A stretch of 64,000 nt of DNA, from the NCBI RefSeq assembly GCF_913054185.1, contig NZ_CAJXIV010000005.1, positions 7,253-71,252 of the forward strand. The letters run 5' to 3'. A program made the position numbers and the translations under genes. Under the pieces are notes generated by a model. The model saw only the letters and a list, made by a program, of their open reading frames with translations, had not been told where the DNA came from and did not search any database. Shown here in pieces: positions 19,177 through 28,563 of the stretch (position 1 is the first letter of the stretch; each line of letters opens with the position of its first letter). The stretch is from an uncultured Shimia sp. Its GTDB lineage: Bacteria; Pseudomonadota; Alphaproteobacteria; Rhodobacterales; Rhodobacteraceae.

Positions 19177-19751
19177 CCGAGTTGCATTTGGTGCGCCACG
19201 GCCCCACCCACGCCAAAACCATGGTTGGCTGGTCCGATCTACCAGCCGACCTCTCCGACACGGCGCAATTGGCCCGGCTGGCAGGCCACCTCCCCGCTGA
19301 TGGCATTGTGATCAGCTCAGACCTGCAACGCTGTGTGGCCACCGCAGACGCCATCCAGAGAGACCGCAAACGCCTCTCGCACGACCCTGCCCTGCGGGAA
19401 ATTCATTTTGGTGACTGGGAGCTCAAGTCTTTCGCTGACATTGAGGCCGAGGATCCCGAGCGTGTTCGCGCCTATTGGGAGACCCCTGGTGATGTCCGCC
19501 CGCCAAAAGGGGAAAGCTGGAACGAAGTCACCACCCGTGTCGATGGAGCTATTGATCGCTTGATCTCAACACACCAAGGTGCCAAATTGATTGTGGTTGT
19601 ACACTTTGGCGTGATCCTCACGCAGATCCAACGCGCGGAGCAGTTGACCGCAGATGAGGCCTTTGCACATCGCATCGACAACCTTTCGGTCACCTCAATC
19701 AAAATCGCCAACGACGGCTGGATCACACAACCAATCAATCACATTCCGTGA
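19173..19751 (+). CDS. Histidine phosphatase family protein (probable alpha-ribazole phosphatase, CobC-like)
   Basis: LVRHGPT, SSDLQRC, LREIHFGDWE, VVHFGVI; ATGA-coupled to cobU. Confidence 0.82.
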   Translation: MTELHLVRHGPTHAKTMVGWSDLPADLSDTAQLARLAGHLPADGIVISSDLQRCVATADAIQRDRKRLSHDPALREIHFGDWELKSFADIEAEDPERVRAYWETPGDVRPPKGESWNEVTTRVDGAIDRLISTHQGAKLIVVVHFGVILTQIQRAEQLTADEAFAHRIDNLSVTSIKIANDGWITQPINHIP

Positions 19752-19809
19752 TGAGTTTCGTCAAAATGTTTTAATTTGGTGATATGTCATTCCATGCTAC
19801 GCTTGCGAC

Positions 19810-20676
19810 ATGACCTATGATTTGTACCTCGGCGATTACGCCTATTCCTCCTGGTCGCTACGCGGCTGGCTCTTGTTTGAAAAATTCGGCATCAAACGCA
19901 ATCTCACGTTGGTCGACTTCTCAGACCAATCGGTGGCTGAGCAACTGAAGAAAATTGCGCCTGCCCGCACCGTGCCCACCATGGTGACGCCTGAGGGCGC
20001 GATTGTCTCTGACAGCCTCGCAATTGCGGAAGAGCTCGCAAGCCGTCACCAAGACGCCGAACTATGGCCGGCGGACCCTGGCGCACGTGCCACCGCCCGC
20101 AATTTGGCAGCGGAAATGCACGCGGGGTTCTTCACTTTGCGTAGCGATTGCCCAATGAACCTACGCCAGTCCTACGCGGACTCAGCGCCATCCGAAGATC
20201 TCCTCAAAGACCTGCAACGCCTTGAAATCATTTGGGAGCACGCGCGCGCCACCTATGGAAAAGATGGCCCATGGCTCTGTGGACCTTACAGCACCGCTGA
20301 TGCGTTCTTTGCACCCGTGGCTGCCCGCATTGCCGGCTACAACCTGCCGGTCGGCGACGTGGCCCAAGCCTACGTAGACGCACATTTAACTGACCCGGCA
20401 TTCCGTCGCTGGCGCGCTATGGGGCTTGTGCGCGGCGAAACTCTGCCTTGGTATGCAAAAGACTATCCAACACGCGCTTGGCCCGGCCCGGTACCTCTCG
20501 TTGCCAAAGCCGTCGAGGAAGGCACGCCAGAGAACGCCAACTGTCCTTATTCCGGTAAGCCCTCCACGCACCTGATGGAGTTCAACGGGCGTATTTTTGG
20601 CATGTGCAACGCTTTCTGTCGCGACAAAACCGTGGCTGATCCGGAAGCCTGGCCCGCCTTCATGGCGCTGCTCTAA
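19810..20676 (+). CDS. Glutathione S-transferase with C-terminal YHS/TRASH-like domain
   Basis: YSSWSLRGWL, RTVPTM, SDSLAIAEEL, AEMHAGF, ADAFFAP; tail CPYSGKP...GMCNAFCRD. Confidence 0.85.
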   Translation: MTYDLYLGDYAYSSWSLRGWLLFEKFGIKRNLTLVDFSDQSVAEQLKKIAPARTVPTMVTPEGAIVSDSLAIAEELASRHQDAELWPADPGARATARNLAAEMHAGFFTLRSDCPMNLRQSYADSAPSEDLLKDLQRLEIIWEHARATYGKDGPWLCGPYSTADAFFAPVAARIAGYNLPVGDVAQAYVDAHLTDPAFRRWRAMGLVRGETLPWYAKDYPTRAWPGPVPLVAKAVEEGTPENANCPYSGKPSTHLMEFNGRIFGMCNAFCRDKTVADPEAWPAFMALL

Positions 20677-20683
20677 TCACAAA

Positions 20684-20699
20684 TTAACCTTTCGCTAAC
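20684..20699 (+). promoter_or_regulatory. CtrA-like box upstream of comM
   Basis: TTAA-CCTTTCG-CTAAC versus TTAA-N7-TTAAC; two more TTAA half sites at 20719 and 20729. Confidence 0.55.
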
Positions 20700-20757
20700 C
20701 ATCCCTCGCTACCAATAGTTAACGTTTGTTAATTTGTTTGGTGGCGGGGAGTTTGCC

Positions 20758-22272
20758 ATGGTCGCACGGGCCTACACCGTTGCGTTTGAAGGCGTTGAGG
20801 CACATCAGGTTGAGGTTCAATGCGCATTGGCGCCTGGCCTCCCGGCCTTTGCCATCGTCGGCTTGCCAGACAAAGCGGTCTCCGAAGCCCGCGACCGCAT
20901 CCGCGCCGCGCTCGCCTCCATGGCCATCGCGCTGCCCTCCAAACGCATCACCATCAATCTATCGCCAGCAGACCTGCCCAAAGAAGGCAGTCATTTTGAC
21001 CTGCCCATTGCCGTGGCCTTGCTTGCCGCCCTTGGCATCATCCCCGAAGATGCCTCCGAAAGCACGGTCAGCCTTGGCGAACTCTCCCTTGATGGCTCGC
21101 TTGTAGGCGTCACTGGCGCCCTACCCGCCGCTATGAGCGCTGCCGAAGACGACCGGATGTTGCTCTGCCCCGCCGTCAGCAGCCCGGAAGCAGCCTGGGT
21201 TGCCGCCACGCAGGTGATTGGAGCCGCCTCCCTGGCAGACGTTGTGCGCCATTACACCGGACAATCTCCCCTCGCGCCCTCAAAGCCCGGCGAGGTGCAA
21301 GGCGAGACCAGCACGCTGGACTTACGTGACGTGAAAGGCCAGGAACGCGCCAAGCGGGCTTTGGAAATCGCAGCCGCCGGACGACATCACTTGTTTATGG
21401 TCGGGTCCCCAGGTTCCGGAAAATCCATGTTGGCCGCGCGCCTGCCCACCATCCTGCCACCCATGAGCCCTACTGAAGCGCTCGAGACATCGATGATCCA
21501 TTCGGTGGCGGGCATTTTGGAGCAAGGCGGCATCTCCCGCGCACGTCCGTTTCGCGAGCCCCATCATTCCGCGTCTATGGCGGCCATTGTTGGCGGCGGC
21601 CGCCGCGCCCAACCCGGCGAAATCTCCCTTGCCCACAACGGCGTGTTGTTCATGGACGAAATGCCTGAATTCTCGCGGCCTGTGCTGGAAACCCTGCGCC
21701 AACCTATTGAGACCGGCCAGGTCATGATCGCCCGCGCCAACGCGCATGTGACGTATCCCTGCAAGTTCATGCTGATCGCCGCTGCCAATCCGTGCCGTTG
21801 CGGCCATATGTATGACCCGTCGCAAGCTTGCGCCCGCGTGCCAGATTGCGGGCAAGACTACCTTGGGCGCCTCTCCGGCCCTCTTATGGATCGTCTGGAT
21901 TTGCGCATTGAAGTGCCGCCGGTGGCGTTCCGAGACTTGGACTTGCCCAATGACGGCGATACCTCCGAGCAAGTTGCCCAGCGCGTCGCTGCAGCGCGCG
22001 ACCTCCAAACGGATCGGTTCGAAACCCATGACGGCATCCGCGTCAACGCAGACGCCCATGGTCAAGCACTGGAAGAAATCGCCACACCCGACGCCGAGGG
22101 CCGCGCACTGCTCTCACAAGTGGCCGAACGCTTTGGCCTTACCGCACGCGGCTATCACCGCGTATTGCGCGTGGCCCGCACCATCGCGGACCTTGAGGGC
22201 GCCGAACAAATCCGCCGCCCCCATCTGGCAGAAGCCATCAGTTTCCGCCTGTCTACGTCACAAGAGGTTTAG
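20758..22272 (+). CDS. comM: YifB/ComM AAA+ ATPase (Mg-chelatase-like)
   Basis: IVGLPDKAVSEARDR, INLSPADLPKEGSHFDLPIA, GSPGSGKSM, PFREPHHSAS, GEISLAHNGVLFMDE, AANPCRCG. Confidence 0.93.
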   Translation: MVARAYTVAFEGVEAHQVEVQCALAPGLPAFAIVGLPDKAVSEARDRIRAALASMAIALPSKRITINLSPADLPKEGSHFDLPIAVALLAALGIIPEDASESTVSLGELSLDGSLVGVTGALPAAMSAAEDDRMLLCPAVSSPEAAWVAATQVIGAASLADVVRHYTGQSPLAPSKPGEVQGETSTLDLRDVKGQERAKRALEIAAAGRHHLFMVGSPGSGKSMLAARLPTILPPMSPTEALETSMIHSVAGILEQGGISRARPFREPHHSASMAAIVGGGRRAQPGEISLAHNGVLFMDEMPEFSRPVLETLRQPIETGQVMIARANAHVTYPCKFMLIAAANPCRCGHMYDPSQACARVPDCGQDYLGRLSGPLMDRLDLRIEVPPVAFRDLDLPNDGDTSEQVAQRVAAARDLQTDRFETHDGIRVNADAHGQALEEIATPDAEGRALLSQVAERFGLTARGYHRVLRVARTIADLEGAEQIRRPHLAEAISFRLSTSQEV

Positions 22273-23204
22273 GCCAACTTGCCTTCGATCGCTTCCCAGA
22301 TTTTCTCGGCGATGTTCACGCCGTCAAACCGCTCCAGCTCTTGAATACCGGTTGGCGAGGTCACATTGATTTCGGTCAGGTAGTCACCAATCACGTCGAT
22401 CCCGACAAAAACCTGACCTTTTTCGCGCAGAAGCGGCCCAATCGCAGCACAGATTTCCAGATCACGCTCCGTCAGACCAACTTTCTCCGGACGTCCGCCC
22501 ACATGCATGTTGGACCGGGTCTCGCCGGCCGCAGGCACGCGGTTGATCGCGCCAACCGGCTCACCGTTCACAAGGATCACCCGCTTGTCACCGTTGCTCA
22601 CATCCGGCAGGAATTTCTGCACAATCAGCGGCTCACGGCTGAAGCCGGTGAACAGCTCGTGTAACGAGGTCAAGTTACGGTCATTGGCATCCAGTCGGAA
22701 CACACCGGCCCCGCCATTGCCATACAGCGGCTTTAGGATCACATCGCCATGTTTGGCTTTGAATTCCTTGATGGTTTCCAGATCGCGCGCGATGGTGGTT
22801 GGCGGCGTCAGGTCCGGGAAATCCAGCACCATAAGCTTCTCCGGATAGTTCCGCACCCAAAACGGATCATTCACCACCAGCGTGTCCGGTGCCAGCCGAT
22901 CCAGCAAATGCGTGCTGGTGATGTAATGCATATCAAATGGCGGGTCTTGGCGCAGCCAAACCACGTCAAAATCCTTCAGATTCACGCGCTCATACGGCCC
23001 CAGGTCCACATGGTTGCCCTGCTCACGGCGCACCACCATCGAATGGCCCCGTGCGGTGATCTCGCCTTCTTCATAGGCCAGATGATCAGGCGAGTAGAAA
23101 AACAGCTCATGCCCCCGCGCCTGCGCCTCTTCGGCGATGCGAAAAGAGCTGTCTGCATTGATGTCGACCGAGGTGATCGGATCCATTTGAAAGGCGATTT
23201 TCAT
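22269..23204 (-). CDS. gshB: Glutathione synthetase
   Basis: MKIAFQMDP, DSSF, LRQDPPFD, RNYPEKL, KPLYGNGG, GDKRV, RSNMHVGG, EINVTSPTG. Confidence 0.97.
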   Translation of the reverse strand: MKIAFQMDPITSVDINADSSFRIAEEAQARGHELFFYSPDHLAYEEGEITARGHSMVVRREQGNHVDLGPYERVNLKDFDVVWLRQDPPFDMHYITSTHLLDRLAPDTLVVNDPFWVRNYPEKLMVLDFPDLTPPTTIARDLETIKEFKAKHGDVILKPLYGNGGAGVFRLDANDRNLTSLHELFTGFSREPLIVQKFLPDVSNGDKRVILVNGEPVGAINRVPAAGETRSNMHVGGRPEKVGLTERDLEICAAIGPLLREKGQVFVGIDVIGDYLTEINVTSPTGIQELERFDGVNIAEKIWEAIEGKLA

Positions 23205-23275
23205 GTGCGCATCCTGAGTGTAAGTCCACACTTACATGGCCCATGCTACCCCCGCTTGCAATGGGACACCTGAAC

Positions 23276-23647
23276 TTACCACAAAGCATTCTCAAGGATG
23301 TGAACTTCGCCCCGCCCGTTCACCAAGGCCACATCAAACCGCATCTCGGTGAGAAGACCTTTGGGCTCGCCACCAGCAAATTCCTCCGCCGCACGCCTCA
23401 ACCTCTGGACTTGTTGCGGCAACAATCGCGCCGCAGCGCTATCAAAACTACGGCTGTGTTTGACTTCGACAAACACCAGTTCTTCGCCATCGCGCAGGAT
23501 CAGGTCCACCTCACCAGCTTTGCCGCGCCAACGCGCTTTGGCCAAAACCAGCCCGCGCGCCTCATAATGGCGCAACACAATATCCTCGGCGGCCTGTCCT
23601 GCCAGATAATTGCTGCGCCCGGTTTCTTCCCTGCGCGTGTCACTCAT
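23276..23647 (-). CDS. yraN: YraN-family (UPF0102) nuclease-like protein
   Basis: GQAAE, RWRGKAGEVDLI, LVFVEVK, RFDVALV; sits between rsmI and gshB. Confidence 0.9.
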   Translation of the reverse strand: MSDTRREETGRSNYLAGQAAEDIVLRHYEARGLVLAKARWRGKAGEVDLILRDGEELVFVEVKHSRSFDSAAARLLPQQVQRLRRAAEEFAGGEPKGLLTEMRFDVALVNGRGEVHILENALW

Positions 23648-23663
23648 ACCAAACCTCTGTGGG

Positions 23664-24524
23664 TTAACTCGCCTTTTGAAGCTTCAACGCCAATTGGTAC
23701 ACTTTACGTCGATTGATGCCATAGGCTTTGGCAATGGCATCCGAGGCATCCCGCACTGACAAAGTCTCAAGCGCGTCTTTCAACGCCGCTTCGACATCGT
23801 CTTCACTTGTCGCCTCGCCCCGCTGCCGATCAATCAGCACAACAATCTCACCTTTGATTGTCCGCTCCGGCAACGCGGCGGCCAATTCATCCAACGACCC
23901 GCGCAGCACCTCTTCAAACTTCTTGGTCAACTCACGTGCCACAGCCGCTTTGCGCCCACCGCCCAAAACCTCCGCTGCATCAGCCACCATCGCCGTCACA
24001 CGTTTTGGCGATTCGTAAAACACCAAGGTGCCCGGCACTTCACGCACGGCCTCCAGCGCCGTTTGCCGCGCTTTCTTGGCATTGGGCAAAAATCCAGCAA
24101 AGAAAAACGAATCCGTTGGCAATCCGGCCAGCGACAACGCTGTGATAATGGCGCTTGGTCCCGGCGCGCTGGTCACAAGATGCCCCACTTCTGCCGCGGC
24201 GAGTGACAGGTGATAGCCCGGATCGGCAATCAATGGCGTGCCCGCCTCAGAGGCATAAGCCACTGATTTTCCGGCTTCCAGATGTGCCAAAAGCTTGCTC
24301 CGCGCGCCTTCACCCGAATGATCGTGATACGACAAAACATGCCGCCCATTCAGCGGGACCCCGTGTATTTCAAGGAGTTTCTTCATCGACCGCGTATCTT
24401 CTGCCGCGATCACGTCCGCACTGGCCAGCACATCTAACGCCCGCAATGTGATGTCGCGCGCAGAGCCAATTGGTGTGGCGACAAAGTACAAACCGGGCTG
24501 CAATTTCACGGTCTGGTGATTCAT
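23664..24524 (-). CDS. rsmI: 16S rRNA (cytidine1402-2'-O)-methyltransferase
   Basis: LYFVATPIG, ITLRAL, AAEDTR, SEAGTPLIADPG, FAGFLP, FYESPKR, ARELTKKFEE. Confidence 0.96.
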   Translation of the reverse strand: MNHQTVKLQPGLYFVATPIGSARDITLRALDVLASADVIAAEDTRSMKKLLEIHGVPLNGRHVLSYHDHSGEGARSKLLAHLEAGKSVAYASEAGTPLIADPGYHLSLAAAEVGHLVTSAPGPSAIITALSLAGLPTDSFFFAGFLPNAKKARQTALEAVREVPGTLVFYESPKRVTAMVADAAEVLGGGRKAAVARELTKKFEEVLRGSLDELAAALPERTIKGEIVVLIDRQRGEATSEDDVEAALKDALETLSVRDASDAIAKAYGINRRKVYQLALKLQKAS

Positions 24525-24617
24525 AGCTGGACCCGCCTTTTCACTCGTTTATTATTCGGCAGCAACGCGGCCGGACCTCAATCACGGGCGCGACCCCAAC
24601 GGGAGTGGAGCTTACCT

Positions 24618-25790
24618 ATGTTGTCTTTTCTTAAACCCGCCCACCGCTTTGTGAAAGGGGCGGTCGCAGGGCTGTCCACGTTAGCGCTGGTCTCTTGTGT
24701 CGAAACCACCGGAAGCTCCGGTCCAAAAATTGATGCTTCCGCGCCTGTGCCCGTCGCACTTCTTGTGCCCAAAGGCTCCACCAACTCAGGTGACGCTCTT
24801 CTTGCGCAAAGCCTTGAGAACGCGGCCAAACTGGCGATTGCCGATCTCGGCGGCGTAAAAATCGACCTGCGCGTCTATGCAACAGCGGGAAATCCGAACA
24901 CAGCTCAAGCTGCTGCAGTTCAGGCCGTAGACGAAGGTGCAAAAATCATTCTTGGCCCGGTCTTTGGCGAAGCTGCCAACGCGGCCGCCAAAGCCGTGGC
25001 ATCCCGCAACGTGAATGTGCTGTCGTTTTCCAACAACACCACAATTGCCGGCGGCAACCTGTTTGTGCTTGGGCCAACATTTGACAACACCGCTGACCGT
25101 TTGGTCGCCTTTGCCAAGGGACAAGGCAAAGGCAACATCATGACAGTGCACGCCAACAACTCGGCTGGCCTTCTGGGCAACACCGCCATCGCCAACGCCA
25201 TCACCCGCAAAGGCGCCAACAACGCCGGTGCCGTGGGCTATGAGTTTTCCCAGGAGGGTGTGATTGCCGCTGTCAGCCAAATCAAGCTAAACGCGCAGCA
25301 AAATGGCGCTGACACGCTGTTCCTGACAGCCAACACCTCCGGCGCTCTGCCACTTCTGACGCAGCTCTTGCCAGAAGCGGGGCTGAGCCCGGCAACCACC
25401 CAATACATGGGCCTGACCCGTTGGGACATCCCAGCACAAACTCTGGAACTGCCTGGTGTGCAGGGTGGCTGGTACACGATGCCTGACCCCACCCTGACCA
25501 ACCAGTTTCAGACCCGCTATGCGCAAACTTACGGCGGCCTGCCTCATTCTATTGGCGGCCTGGCGTATGATGGCATTGCGGCAATCGGTGCTCTGGTCAA
25601 ACAAGGCAAATCTGATGCATTGACCACAGGTGCGTTGACACAAGGCGCAGGTTTTCAGGGTGTGAACGGCATTTTCCGCCTGCGCACAGACGGTACAAAC
25701 GAACGCGGGCTGGCCGTGGCCACAATCCGCGACAAGAAGGTGGTTATCATTGACCCTGCCCCAACCCGATTTGGAGGCGCTGGCAGCTAA
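24618..25790 (+). CDS. LpoA-like penicillin-binding-protein activator / periplasmic-binding-fold lipoprotein
   Basis: Lipobox LALVSC; VALLVP, AVDEGAKIILGPVF, GLAYDGIAA, FQGVNGIFRL..DGTNERGLAV; divergent from rsmI. Confidence 0.8.
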   Translation: MLSFLKPAHRFVKGAVAGLSTLALVSCVETTGSSGPKIDASAPVPVALLVPKGSTNSGDALLAQSLENAAKLAIADLGGVKIDLRVYATAGNPNTAQAAAVQAVDEGAKIILGPVFGEAANAAAKAVASRNVNVLSFSNNTTIAGGNLFVLGPTFDNTADRLVAFAKGQGKGNIMTVHANNSAGLLGNTAIANAITRKGANNAGAVGYEFSQEGVIAAVSQIKLNAQQNGADTLFLTANTSGALPLLTQLLPEAGLSPATTQYMGLTRWDIPAQTLELPGVQGGWYTMPDPTLTNQFQTRYAQTYGGLPHSIGGLAYDGIAAIGALVKQGKSDALTTGALTQGAGFQGVNGIFRLRTDGTNERGLAVATIRDKKVVIIDPAPTRFGGAGS

Positions 25791-28563
25791 AGCTGGCGAT
25801 ATCTTCCCAGCCCCGCCCCGCGCGGGGTTGATCTGCTCTGCTGACAAAATCTTCAATTGCGCGGAAATCACCGCCGAGCTTGCTGAAATCCTCAAAAAGG
25901 ACGGCAAGGAAAGCGAGCTGCGCAAAGAAGTAGTTGCACTGCTTATGGCCCGTCGCAAAGCCGCGATGGCGCAGATCGCAGCCTCTTTCCGTGAGAAGCC
26001 CCGCGCTGCCCGCGCGATGACGCGGTCTTACACATGGCTGACCGATTGCCTTGTCAGCTGCGCCTTCCATGTTGCCACCGTCAGGTTCTATCCTTTGGCC
26101 ACGCCCACCGAAGCAGAGCGCATCGCGCTCTTTGCAGTGGGCGGCTATGGCCGTGGTGAAATGGCGCCTCAGTCAGATGTCGACCTGCTGTTTCTGACGC
26201 CGTACAAGATCACCCCTTGGGCAGAGAGCGTGATTGAATCCATGCTTTATCTGCTTTGGGATTTACGCCTGAAAGTTGGTCACAGCTCTCGCACGGTGAA
26301 AGACTGCCTGCGCTTGGGCCGCGAAGACTTCACCATTCGCACTGCGTTGCTGGAAAATCGCTTTCTACGTGGACATGAACCGTTAGACGAGGAACTCACC
26401 TCCCGTCTTGAGGACGAACTGTTCAAAGGCACCGAGCAGGAGTTCATCGAAGCCAAGCTCAACGAGCGGGACGAGCGCCACAAAAAGCAGGGGCAACGCT
26501 ATGTTGTGGAGCCCAACGTGAAAGAAGGCAAAGGCGGCCTGCGCGACCTGCAATCCCTCTTCTGGATCGCCAAATATGTCTACCACGTCTCAGAAGTCTC
26601 TGAACTTGTTGAAAAAGAGGTCTTGGCTCAGGACGAATTGGAACGCTTCATTGAGGCCGAAAACTTCCTCTGGGCGGTGCGTGGCCATCTGCATCTGACC
26701 GCCGGTCGCCCTATGGAGCAGCTGACTTTTGATGTGCAGGTCGAGATTGCCGATCAGATGGGCTATACCGACAAAGGCGGCCGTCGTGGCGTCGAACACT
26801 TCATGCAGGAGTTCTTCCGTCAGGCCACGGCCGTTGGGGATCTGACCCGCATTCTGTTGACCAAACTCGAAGCCAACCACGCCAAAGCAGAACCGATACT
26901 AGAACGCATCTTCCGCCGCCGTCCCCGGATGAAGCCTGGCTACAAAGTGGTGCACAACCGCTTGGACGTGGCAAATGAACAGGTCTTCCTCTCCGATCCG
27001 CTGAATCTATTACGTCTGTTTGAAGAGGCACTGCGCACCGGCATGTTGATCCACCCGGACGCCATGCGTCTGGTCACCGCCAACCTGGATTTGATTGACG
27101 ACGATTTCCGCGCCAACAAAGAAGCCCGTCGCCTCTTCCTCGATCTGCTTCTGAAGCACGGCAACCCGGAACGCGCCCTGCGCCGGATGAACGAACTGGG
27201 CGTGCTTTCGGCTTTCATCCCGGAGTTTGAACCCATTGTGGCGATGATGCAGTTCAACATGTATCACTCCTACACGGTGGACGAGCACACCATTCAGGTG
27301 ATCTCCAACTTCATGGACATCGAGCGCAAGGATCTTGAGGACGAGCTGCCGCTCAGCTCCGAAATCATGACCTCCAGCGGCATCAACCGCAAAGTGCTCA
27401 TGGTCGCGATGTTGCTTCATGACATTGGCAAGGGTCGCGACATCGACCACTCGATTTTGGGCGCCCGCATTGCGCGCAAAGTGGCGCCAAACCTGGGTTT
27501 GAACAAATCCGACAGCGAGACTGTGGAATGGCTGGTGCGCTACCACTTGCTGATGTCCGACATGGCGCAAAAACGCGACATCGCTGACCCACGCACAGTA
27601 CGCGACTTTGCCAAAGCGGTCAAAACCGTGGATCGCCTCAACCTGCTGACGATCCTGACGGTCTGTGACATTCGAGGCGTTGGCCCCAATACGTGGAACA
27701 ACTGGAAAGCTGTGCTGATCCGTGCGCTCTACGGCCAGACAAAATTGGTGCTCGAGGATGGCATGGAATCCATCACCCGCGAAAATCGCGGGACCAAAGC
27801 CAAAAAGCTCCTGCGTGAAGAGTTGGCTGATTGGCCTGCCAAAGACCTCAAGAAAGAAACCGCCCGCCACTACAAACCATATTGGCAAGGCCTGCACATC
27901 ACCGCGCACAAAGCTTTTGCTGAGCTGCTGCGTGACATTCCGGACGACGAAATCCGCATCGACCTGCACCCCGACGAAGACCGCGACGCCACCCGTGTGT
28001 GCTTTGCCATGGCTGATCACCCGGGCATTTTTTCGCGCATGTGCGGGGCGCTGGCGCTTGTGGGGGCCAACATCGTTGATGCCCGCACTTTCACCTCCAA
28101 AGACGGCTACGCCACCGCTGCCTTCTGGATACAAGACGCCGAAGATGCGCCTTATGAGGCTTCCCGCCTGCCGCGCCTGCGCAAAATGATCGAACGCACG
28201 CTGGCCGGAGAGGTGGTCACCACCGAGGCGATCAAGTCCCGCGACGTGATCAAAAAACGGGAACGAGCGTTCAAAGTCCCAACCACCATCCTGTTTGATA
28301 ACGAAGGCTCCGAAATCTACACAATCATCGAGGTCGACACCCGCGACCGCCCTGGGCTGCTGTTTGATCTCACCCGCGCCTTGGCCAACAGTAATGTCTA
28401 CATCGCGTCCGCCGTGATCGCGACCTTTGGCGAACAGGTGGTGGACACCTTCTACGTCAAAGACATGTTTGGCCTGAAATTCCACGCCGAAGGCAAACAA
28501 AAAACGCTGGAGAAAAGGCTGCGCGAAGCCATTCTGCAAGGCGCCGAAAGGGCCAAGGCATGA
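25750..28563 (+). CDS. glnD: [Protein-PII] uridylyltransferase (start codon uncertain)
   Basis: AVGGYGRGEMAPQSDVDLL, EPNVKEGKGGLRDL, MQFNMYHSYTVDEH, LHDIGKG, two ACT domains (DHPGIF, DRPGLL). Confidence 0.95.
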   Translation: MTLPQPDLEALAAKAGDIFPAPPRAGLICSADKIFNCAEITAELAEILKKDGKESELRKEVVALLMARRKAAMAQIAASFREKPRAARAMTRSYTWLTDCLVSCAFHVATVRFYPLATPTEAERIALFAVGGYGRGEMAPQSDVDLLFLTPYKITPWAESVIESMLYLLWDLRLKVGHSSRTVKDCLRLGREDFTIRTALLENRFLRGHEPLDEELTSRLEDELFKGTEQEFIEAKLNERDERHKKQGQRYVVEPNVKEGKGGLRDLQSLFWIAKYVYHVSEVSELVEKEVLAQDELERFIEAENFLWAVRGHLHLTAGRPMEQLTFDVQVEIADQMGYTDKGGRRGVEHFMQEFFRQATAVGDLTRILLTKLEANHAKAEPILERIFRRRPRMKPGYKVVHNRLDVANEQVFLSDPLNLLRLFEEALRTGMLIHPDAMRLVTANLDLIDDDFRANKEARRLFLDLLLKHGNPERALRRMNELGVLSAFIPEFEPIVAMMQFNMYHSYTVDEHTIQVISNFMDIERKDLEDELPLSSEIMTSSGINRKVLMVAMLLHDIGKGRDIDHSILGARIARKVAPNLGLNKSDSETVEWLVRYHLLMSDMAQKRDIADPRTVRDFAKAVKTVDRLNLLTILTVCDIRGVGPNTWNNWKAVLIRALYGQTKLVLEDGMESITRENRGTKAKKLLREELADWPAKDLKKETARHYKPYWQGLHITAHKAFAELLRDIPDDEIRIDLHPDEDRDATRVCFAMADHPGIFSRMCGALALVGANIVDARTFTSKDGYATAAFWIQDAEDAPYEASRLPRLRKMIERTLAGEVVTTEAIKSRDVIKKRERAFKVPTTILFDNEGSEIYTIIEVDTRDRPGLLFDLTRALANSNVYIASAVIATFGEQVVDTFYVKDMFGLKFHAEGKQKTLEKRLREAILQGAERAKA

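Noticed and set aside
20758-22272. Photosynthetic Mg-chelatase subunit
   Set aside because: The N-terminal Lon-like domain and motifs identify ComM/YifB; no bch genes in the window.
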